Below, piece after piece: positions 57,872-64,000 of a stretch of 64,000 bases of DNA. The position numbers were made by a program, and so were the translations under genes. The stretch spans positions 2,030 through 66,029 of the forward strand of contig CALENB010000330.1 of NCBI GenBank assembly GCA_937910235.1, in the 5' to 3' direction. The DNA comes from an uncultured Myxococcales bacterium. GTDB lineage: Bacteria > Myxococcota_A > UBA9042. The notes under the pieces are model-generated. The model did not search any database. It was not told the origin of the DNA and saw only the letters and a program-made list of their open reading frames with translations. The first letter of the stretch is position 1. Every line of letters starts with the position of its first letter.

Positions 57872-58483
57872 ATGACCGACACGACCCGTCTCGCCAGCAA
57901 GTCCGACGAAAAAAAGGCCCCTGAGGCCGCGAGTATGATTGGAGAGAAGCTCTTCAAGAGCCGACAGATTCAGCTCACGGGCCAGGTCGACGACAAGGTC
58001 GCGCGGGCCATTACGTCGGCGCTGCTCGCCCTCGAAGCAGATGACCCCAAAGCGCCGATCACGCTCCTGGTCAACTCGCCCGGCGGCAGCGTCACGGCGG
58101 GTTTTGCCATCTACGACATCATGCGTTTCATCCAGCCCAAGGTGCGTGTGGTGTGCGCCGGTCTCGCCGCCTCGATCGCGACGGTCATTTTGCTCGGTGC
58201 CGACAAGGCAGACCGACTCTCGCTGCCCAACACGCGCCTGCTGATCCACCAGCCGATGATCCCCGGCACGGTGTACGGCCCGGCGAGCGATCTTGAGATC
58301 ACGGCGACGGAGCTGCTCAAGACGCGGGCGAAGATCAACAAGCTCCTCTCAGAGCAGACCGGTCAGCCCTACGCCCAGATCGAGCATGATACGCAGCGGG
58401 ATTACTGGCTTACCGCGGATGAGGCCGTCGCGTACGGTCTGATCGCGCGCGTGATTCAGTCGCGCGCCGAACTTGACGCCTGA
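57872..58483 (+). CDS. clpP: ATP-dependent Clp protease proteolytic subunit
   Basis: LVNSPGGSVTAGFAIYD (Ser) and IHQP (His) catalytic blocks. ATG at 57872. Confidence 0.9.
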   Translation: MTDTTRLASKSDEKKAPEAASMIGEKLFKSRQIQLTGQVDDKVARAITSALLALEADDPKAPITLLVNSPGGSVTAGFAIYDIMRFIQPKVRVVCAGLAASIATVILLGADKADRLSLPNTRLLIHQPMIPGTVYGPASDLEITATELLKTRAKINKLLSEQTGQPYAQIEHDTQRDYWLTADEAVAYGLIARVIQSRAELDA

Positions 58484-58571
58484 GCTGCTGACCTAACCCC
58501 CCCTCCTGCGGGACGGGGCGTTGGCGCCTAAACGCAAACGGCCGCCGTCGAGCCGCAGAATCTGGGATCGG

Positions 58572-58781
58572 CTACATGTCTAGGACGATGACACCATTGT
58601 TGGCGTCGTCTTCGTCCTCGTCGTAGTGACGACGCGACGGTAGCTCGGGTCGGCCGCTATCTGTGCCTGATCTAGGGGGATAGGGCATGGGAAAGGCGCC
58701 GGGACGTTCCAGACGCGGTTGCCGTCGCTCGTCGAACTGCTCGCGACGCCTGATCTCCTCAATTATGAAGGCATCCAACAT
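58572..58781 (-). CDS. small hypothetical protein (about 69 aa)
   Basis: Only frame with non-antisense-like composition here. No motif. Confidence 0.25.
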   Translation of the reverse strand: MLDAFIIEEIRRREQFDERRQPRLERPGAFPMPYPPRSGTDSGRPELPSRRHYDEDEDDANNGVIVLDM

Positions 58782-59002
58782 CGTGCACCTCCTGAGGTTC
58801 TGCACTCTCTTCACGTGTAACGCACAGCGCCGTGGGGCCATTCATCCAGCGCTCACCTTTGTGATGCCACCCTTGAAACCAAGCTAGCAGCCACTTTTAC
58901 ACCCCGCAAGTTGGTGGCCGTCCTTCTGCTTGCACGCCTGCACCTTTCTGGCCCTTGCGCCTGCGCCGATTTCCGCTAGTGCGGGCGATGGCTGCCGCTC
59001 AC

Positions 59003-59767
59003 TCAACCGTCGCCCGGCCTGCACAGCGTGTCCAGAAACGCTTCGATCTCAGCCGAATAGGTGTGGTCTGGCACCCCCGTGCGATGAATCGCGAGGCGCG
59101 GCAACGCGACGACGTCCAGCGGCCCCCGGCGACCCGCGAGCAAAACGCGGATGGCCGGTTTTTTTGTCGATCGGTGGTGCAGCGGCTGCATGCGCATGTT
59201 GCCCAGACCCGCCCCGGCGAAGGCGCGCACGAGGCGCTCGGCGCCGTCTGCCGGGTAGACCATACACAGCACGCCGCTTGGGCCCAGCGCGGCGGCTGCT
59301 GCTGCGCTGAACGCCTCCACGCCTGCAGTGGACTCGTAGTGCGCGTCGCGGCGCTCTGGGTGCGTCGGTAGGTTGCGACCGGCTCGGCGGTAGTACGGTG
59401 GGTTGCTGACCACGAGATCTAGATCGAACAGATCGGGGACCGGGCCATGCGCCAGATCGTGCAGCCGGACGCGGCCGTGTACGCCGTTGAGCTTGAGATT
59501 CCGGGCCGCCCGCGCTGCGAGGCTGGCTTGACGCTCGATCAAGTTGAGCTCTGCGTTGGGCGCGAGCCGGCCGAGGAGGATGGCGACCAGGCCGCTACCA
59601 GCGCCAAAGTCAGCGATCCGCCGTGCCGCGCCGGCCTGCTTCGACGCAAACCAGCCGAGCAGCATGGCGTCGACGCTGGTGCGGTAGCCCTTCTTCGCCT
59701 GGAGGAGCTGGATGTGACCGCGGAGCATCACGTCGAGGCTCTCATCCGATTGTGGCGTCGAGGTCAC
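59003..59767 (-). CDS. SAM-dependent N6-adenine methyltransferase (TrmN6/YfiC-like tRNA m6A37 methyltransferase)
   Basis: Motif I DFGAGSGL and motif IV NPPY. Confidence 0.7.
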   Translation of the reverse strand: MTSTPQSDESLDVMLRGHIQLLQAKKGYRTSVDAMLLGWFASKQAGAARRIADFGAGSGLVAILLGRLAPNAELNLIERQASLAARAARNLKLNGVHGRVRLHDLAHGPVPDLFDLDLVVSNPPYYRRAGRNLPTHPERRDAHYESTAGVEAFSAAAAAALGPSGVLCMVYPADGAERLVRAFAGAGLGNMRMQPLHHRSTKKPAIRVLLAGRRGPLDVVALPRLAIHRTGVPDHTYSAEIEAFLDTLCRPGDG

Positions 59768-60390
59768 GTGCTAGGTCCAAGCGCGGCGATGAGCGCGGCC
59801 TTGGACACCGCGCCTTCGCGCAGCAGCCGCCAGCCGCCGCTCGTAGGGGCGACAACCGTCGACGCCGCGCCAACTGGGGCTGGCGGTCGCACGAACGCGC
59901 CCGCGAGCGCCGCGACGAGCGCCGCTGGGATCGCATCGAGGTCCTCCGCTGGAGCTGCGCCGGGCAGGTTCAGACTGGAGCTGACGATGGGGTGGCCGAG
60001 CGCACCACACAGCCATTGCACACAGGGGTGCGTGTCGCGTCGGATCGCGATGGTACCCGCAGGACCTCGTACGCGGGCGGGAACGGCGGGACCGGCGGCG
60101 AGCACCCACGTCACCGGGCCGGGGAGGTCGATCGCTAGCCAGCGCTGCAGATCGGCGGCGCTGATCCAGCCGCGCGCGTGTTCGGCGCAGTCAACGACAT
60201 GTACATAGCCCTCGCCACGGTGTCGTCCCTTGAGCGTGTCGAGCGCGTCCATCGCGCGGTCGCTGAGCGGGTTCGCGCCAATCCCGAGCAGGCTCGTCGT
60301 GGCGTGAGCGACCAGGGCGCCATCGCGGAGATAGGCGACCGCGTCGGCGCCGCGCAGCGCGTCCAGAGCGGGTGTTGGTGGCGCAGGCAC
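59764..60390 (-). CDS. tsaC: L-threonylcarbamoyladenylate synthase (Sua5/YrdC/TsaC family)
   Basis: YrdC-fold blocks (VHVVDCAEHA, IVSSSLN). Confidence 0.7.
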   Translation of the reverse strand: MPAPPTPALDALRGADAVAYLRDGALVAHATTSLLGIGANPLSDRAMDALDTLKGRHRGEGYVHVVDCAEHARGWISAADLQRWLAIDLPGPVTWVLAAGPAVPARVRGPAGTIAIRRDTHPCVQWLCGALGHPIVSSSLNLPGAAPAEDLDAIPAALVAALAGAFVRPPAPVGAASTVVAPTSGGWRLLREGAVSKAALIAALGPST

Positions 60391-60420
60391 GTCGCGCGAG
60401 CTTGCCGTGATCGCGGGCCC

Positions 60421-61959
60421 CTAGCGGACGCCGCTTGAGAACTGCGTATGCACAAAGCCGAAGTCGAGCGGTGGCAGGATGCTGTTCGGATCGCCCCGGC
60501 CAGGGGCGTACTGCATCGCGCTGACGTCTGTCGCGTTCATGTGTCGATAGAATAGGAAGGCGCCGGCACCAACGAGCACCGCGCCGAGGCCGAGGCCAAC
60601 GCCGGACATGACGCTTTTTGTGCCGATCTCATCGACGTAGTCCTTCTTGGCCGCGTCGATCTTCGCACGCAAGGCCGGGTTCTGTCGCTCCGCGTCGCTG
60701 CAGGCCTGCGTGGGATCCACGCAGTCGTAGACCGTGACACCCGCCTGGTTGAGGTATCCGACGAACGCGACGCCGACCCCGAGGCTGACGATACCTGCAC
60801 CCGTCACGGCCCAGCCAGGCACCGAGGTGTACCACTTCTGACCGCCGGAGCCGGCGACTGAGCGATCCATAATGGTGTCGATCGCCCGCGTGACCGCGCG
60901 CTTGGAGAGGCCGACCTGTGGGATGCGGGAGTTGGTGGTGCGCACGACGGCGTTCTTGTTCACGTCGACAACGAACGTCACCAGCTTGCGCTCGAAGACG
61001 CCCGTCACCACGACGAAGTTGGCGCCTTCAACGAGACGGCCCAGGGCGACGGCGTCCAAAGCAACCCGACGTTGCGCTTCAGCGAGGTCCTTGTAGCTGA
61101 GACCGGCGTGGTCATCCTCAAGCACGAGGTGCGATTCGAACTGCAGGTCGACGTGGATCTTGGTCGTCTTACCGGCGTCAACGCGCACGTTATGCAGCAT
61201 CGACGTGCTCGAGCCGCGCTGCAACCGCATGCTGTAGCGGCCAGGGATGAGGCCCGTCACCTGTGCGGGGGTCTTGCCGCGCGAGATGCCGCCCAGGAAC
61301 ACACCTGCGCCGAGCGGCGTCGAAGACACGTCGATCGAACCCTGTGGCAACTTCTTCATCTCTTTGACGACATTTTGAAAGATCGCGACAACATCGGGGC
61401 GATAGTGGTCGTCCGTGACGGGGGCCGTTGGGCCAAATGCCGTCACAATCGAGCGGAAGATGTCCGCGGCGGCGTCCAGGTCCTTGGAGATGACGTAGGC
61501 CGTCGCCAGCTTGGCGAGCAGGTCGAGGTACGACTTTCGCAGCGCGTCGTTCGCGCCAGGCGCCGCGAGGGCGGCACGGAACTTCGACTCGGCCGACCGC
61601 AGGGCTTTGACGGCGTTGCTTCCGTCAGCCCGATCCAAGTACGCAACACCCTTGTTCTTCGCCTCATCGAGCGCGGTGAGACGCTCCTTGGTCAGCGCCG
61701 GCGGCACCTGCTGGCGGTTGTGGCCGACCTTGGCGACGACGGTCTGGCCCTTCACCAAGATGTAGTCGCCCTTGTTCTCTTTCTGGAACGCGGCCCCGAT
61801 CTCCTTGAGGTAATCGACGGTGAGGCTGTTGGCGTCGGGCCCGTTACGGAGCTCGACGAGAACGACGGTTCGCTCGATCTCGGCGGGCGCGGCCATGACG
61901 GGACGAGCGACAGCGCCCGCGATCACGACAGCGATGAGGATGAGAGTAGTACGGACCAT
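60421..61959 (-). CDS. secreted PEGA-domain protein with C-terminal TM region
   Basis: Signal peptide MVRTTLILIAVVIAGAVARPVMA. PEGA unit SSTPLGAGVFLGGISRGKTP. Balanced composition. Confidence 0.6.
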   Translation of the reverse strand: MVRTTLILIAVVIAGAVARPVMAAPAEIERTVVLVELRNGPDANSLTVDYLKEIGAAFQKENKGDYILVKGQTVVAKVGHNRQQVPPALTKERLTALDEAKNKGVAYLDRADGSNAVKALRSAESKFRAALAAPGANDALRKSYLDLLAKLATAYVISKDLDAAADIFRSIVTAFGPTAPVTDDHYRPDVVAIFQNVVKEMKKLPQGSIDVSSTPLGAGVFLGGISRGKTPAQVTGLIPGRYSMRLQRGSSTSMLHNVRVDAGKTTKIHVDLQFESHLVLEDDHAGLSYKDLAEAQRRVALDAVALGRLVEGANFVVVTGVFERKLVTFVVDVNKNAVVRTTNSRIPQVGLSKRAVTRAIDTIMDRSVAGSGGQKWYTSVPGWAVTGAGIVSLGVGVAFVGYLNQAGVTVYDCVDPTQACSDAERQNPALRAKIDAAKKDYVDEIGTKSVMSGVGLGLGAVLVGAGAFLFYRHMNATDVSAMQYAPGRGDPNSILPPLDFGFVHTQFSSGVR

Positions 61960-62270
61960 CGGAGATTCCTGGGCGGAGGCGAAGACTTTCGCGGAGGGCC
62001 GATTCTAGAGGGGCGTCGGGGGGTGTCAAGACGACCGGCAACCAACAGACTGAACGAGCTGCCGCGGCGTCTAGAGCGCCATGAAATCAGCCGATCAGCG
62101 CATATTCGCCATCGCGCGCCTCGCTGGCGTCGCCACCGTCAGATCTGGGCATCCCGGTGCCGCGCCCGCGCGTCGGCTCGCTCCCGATCGGTCTCACGGG
62201 ACGCTGGGACTGGTCTCGGGACTCGGTCAGCGTTCCGTAACTATCCGTAATTTCGATGCCGATGAGTTGG

Positions 62271-62286
62271 CACGGTCCCTGCTTCT
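62271..62286 (+). promoter_or_regulatory. candidate sigma-54 promoter (-24 TGGCACG / -12 cTGCT)
   Basis: TGGCACGgtccCTGCT has GG and GC at canonical 10-bp spacing, ~50 nt upstream of ATG 62336. Confidence 0.4.
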
Positions 62287-62335
62287 ACACCGCGACAACA
62301 CCGGGTTGTTAGACCCGCTATGACCAAGGAGCCCC

Positions 62336-63190
62336 ATGCATCGTTTTTCGCCCCCGTCTCTCCTCTTGTCCGCCGCGCTGCTCCTTGCGACGTGTGGCGC
62401 GCTCGTCGCCTGCAGCGCGGAGCCCCAGTCTCGTGGTTTGCCGATGGCCAGCTTGATCGGGCCGGACGCGCCGCCGCTGACGCGCGTGGCGCACCACAGC
62501 CACGGTGACGAACCAGCGTCTGTCGATCCTCGCGGTGCGGCGGCCACGGCGTCGACCGCGCCGCCGCTGCCACCCGCGGTCGATCTTGTGATCTCTGAGG
62601 TGATGACCGACCCCCTCCTCGTCGATGACGTGGTTGGGGAGTACGTCGAGATCATCCATCTAGGCGCAGAAACGGCGTCTTTGGCTGGGGCGACGCTGGT
62701 GCTGCCGGACGGGCGGGCGGTGTCGCTGCTGCGCCCACGGCTGATTGAGAAACCCTCGCGTCGCCATGCCGCGCCGGCGCCCCTGCCGCCAGATCTGTCC
62801 GGGCCTGATGCGGTCGTCCAGCCGGGGGAGGTGCTCGTGGTGCGTTCGTCACGCAGTCGTCGTCTGCGGCTCCCCAACCGGGCCGGGCGGCTGGAGCTGC
62901 GTCGGGCGGGCGTGTTGCTGGACGTCGCCCAGTGGGCGGGTCGATGGCCGTGGCCGCGCCACAAGGCGGGGAAGGCGCTCTGCCGTGTGGCGCCGGAGCG
63001 TGACGGTGCCACCGGTCGGGCGTGGCGGCGTTGCAGCGCGCCGTTACGTGGTGTGGAGCGGGGTAGTCCCGGTGTGGTTGCGGCGCGGTGTGCGTGGCTC
63101 AAGGCGCGGAATGTTCGGGTCGATAGCTGCGCTGTGGCGGACAGCGGCGGACCACGGCGACGGCTCGCGGCGCGGCGGCGGCGCTTGTAG
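62336..63190 (+). CDS. lamin-tail-domain (LTD)-like lipoprotein
   Basis: Lipoprotein signal LLLATCGALVAC. LTD-like block LVISEVMTDP...VGEYVEIIHLG...TLVLPDG. Arg-rich C-terminal third is less certain. Confidence 0.45.
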   Translation: MHRFSPPSLLLSAALLLATCGALVACSAEPQSRGLPMASLIGPDAPPLTRVAHHSHGDEPASVDPRGAAATASTAPPLPPAVDLVISEVMTDPLLVDDVVGEYVEIIHLGAETASLAGATLVLPDGRAVSLLRPRLIEKPSRRHAAPAPLPPDLSGPDAVVQPGEVLVVRSSRSRRLRLPNRAGRLELRRAGVLLDVAQWAGRWPWPRHKAGKALCRVAPERDGATGRAWRRCSAPLRGVERGSPGVVAARCAWLKARNVRVDSCAVADSGGPRRRLAARRRRL

Positions 63191-63303
63191 CGATGAGGCG
63201 GTGGGTCAGCGCGGCGTGGGAGGTCTTGGCGGGACCAGTCGCGCGATGGAGAGTGATGCGCGTAGGCTGGTGAGTGTGATTCTGATGCAAGGAGGATGAG
63301 TCG

Positions 63304-63795
63304 ATGCACGAGGTGCGCCCGCTAGATCGCGATGAATCAGCGGAGATTGTGGCGGTCGCAGACGGCATGCGCGCCACGTTGGTGGAGGTGCTGGGGTTGG
63401 CGCGTGGCGTGGCGTTGTACGACCACGATTGGCTGGTGGCGCGTGTGCGCTGGCATCTGGATCCCGAGCGCTGCGACGGCGAGGTCTTCGTTGTGACGAC
63501 GGCGGAAGGCGCTGTTGTCGGCCACACGATCGTGCGCGTCGAGCGAGATGGCGAGGACACGCCGTTCGGGCTCTTTTCGACGACATGGGTGCAGCCTGAC
63601 CATCGGCGTCTCGGGCTCGCCTCGGCGCTGCTGCAGGCGGGTGAGGCGTGGATGGCCGCGCGTGGGTTGGCGGAAGTGGTGACGAACACGGCGGCGACGA
63701 ACGCGCCGTTGATTCGGATGTTTGAGGGGCGGGGGTATGGGGTCGCGCTGGCGGTTGGGGAGATGGTGCAGCTGCGAAGAAAGGGGCAGGGCTGA
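63304..63795 (+). CDS. GNAT family N-acetyltransferase
   Basis: Acetyl-CoA binding block QPDHRRLGLASALLQAGEAWMAARG (R/Q-x-x-G-x-G/A). Confidence 0.75.
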   Translation: MHEVRPLDRDESAEIVAVADGMRATLVEVLGLARGVALYDHDWLVARVRWHLDPERCDGEVFVVTTAEGAVVGHTIVRVERDGEDTPFGLFSTTWVQPDHRRLGLASALLQAGEAWMAARGLAEVVTNTAATNAPLIRMFEGRGYGVALAVGEMVQLRRKGQG

Positions 63796-63810
63796 GACGC
63801 TCGCCGTCGG

Positions 63811-63840
63811 CAAACAGAAAACGCCCCGAAGGGCGCTTTC
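63811..63840. terminator. hairpin terminator, strong in the minus direction (T-tract ttttctgttt)
   Basis: cgccc-cgaa-gggcg stem-loop. On the minus strand it is followed by a U-rich run, so it terminates the tRNA-like element. Weaker for GNAT (+). Confidence 0.5.
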
Positions 63841-63857
63841 AAAAATCAAATAATGTC

Positions 63858-63912
63858 TGGTGGCTGGAGACGGACTTGAACCGTCGACCTAGCGATTATG
63901 AGTCGCTCGTAA
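63858..63912 (-). other. tRNA-Met(CAT)-like 3' half: anticodon arm, variable loop, T-arm, acceptor 3' strand and CCA, without a canonical 5' half
   Basis: Minus strand reads agcga-cTCATaa-tcgct / aggtc / gacgg-ttcaagt-ccgtc / tccagcc-a-cca. The upstream 25 nt do not form a D-arm or acceptor 5' strand. Confidence 0.45.
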
Positions 63913-63960
63913 ACTCGTTTCAGGGGGGTCCAGCACGAGCCGGAGCAGGTGTGTAACCTT

Positions 63961-63991
63961 CCATAAATGCGAAGTTTTTAGGCATTTATGG
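63961..63991. repeat. perfect 10-bp inverted repeat (ccataaatgc N11 gcatttatgg) in lower-GC DNA
   Basis: Directly visible. Sits beyond the tRNA-like fragment where GC drops sharply. Confidence 0.6.
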
Positions 63992-64000
63992 CCCGGGTGT

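Noticed and set aside
61072-63309. 392-aa plus and 360-aa minus ORFs
   Set aside because: Antisense to the PEGA protein and the LTD lipoprotein respectively, with R-rich compositions.
63858-63935. full-length tRNA-Met gene
   Set aside because: Only the 3' ~55 nt fold canonically. No D-arm or acceptor 5' strand can be formed from the upstream 25 nt, so it was reported as a fragment or att remnant instead.

Overview
High-GC (~69%) chromosomal window, almost certainly myxobacterial (Cys-rich repeat giant proteins, PEGA/Kelch/TPR lipoproteins, large NAD-GDH, many overlapping-stop/start couplings). The six-frame track is dominated by long spurious antisense ORFs, so genes were called from homology-recognisable motifs, signal peptides, amino-acid composition and ATGA/GTGA start-stop couplings.

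Core housekeeping content: rpoN-ptsN-rapZ-ptsH-ptsI (nitrogen PTS) with mepA coupled downstream; dnaJ; rplY-pth; rpsF-rpsR-rplI; exbB-exbD; nrnA-bfd; large NAD-specific GDH; thiD-miaB; ttcA; a GspE/PilB-like ATPase; hslO; bolA-grxD; a wbpB/wbpD fusion with a wbpE-like aminotransferase; clpP; tsaC; a TrmN6-like methyltransferase.

Most notable accessory content:
(1) A solitary tandem-BMC-domain (CcmP/CsoS1D-type) microcompartment shell gene, divergent from a DUF58 / transglutaminase-like pair.
(2) A translationally coupled secreted module on the minus strand: a 1176-aa Cys-rich repeat protein, a Kelch propeller lipoprotein and a small lower-GC Cys-rich lipoprotein.
(3) At the extreme 3' end of the window, a tRNA-Met(CAT) 3'-half-like fragment with its terminator, abutting lower-GC DNA that carries a perfect 10-bp inverted repeat. 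This is a likely attR-type boundary of an integrated element lying beyond the window.
(4) Recurrent in-frame short tandem repeats, each containing an ATG, at the 5' ends of genes (miaB, the 38907 ORF, the Kelch gene).
(5) A strong sigma-54 -24/-12 candidate upstream of a lamin-tail-domain lipoprotein, in the same window as rpoN.
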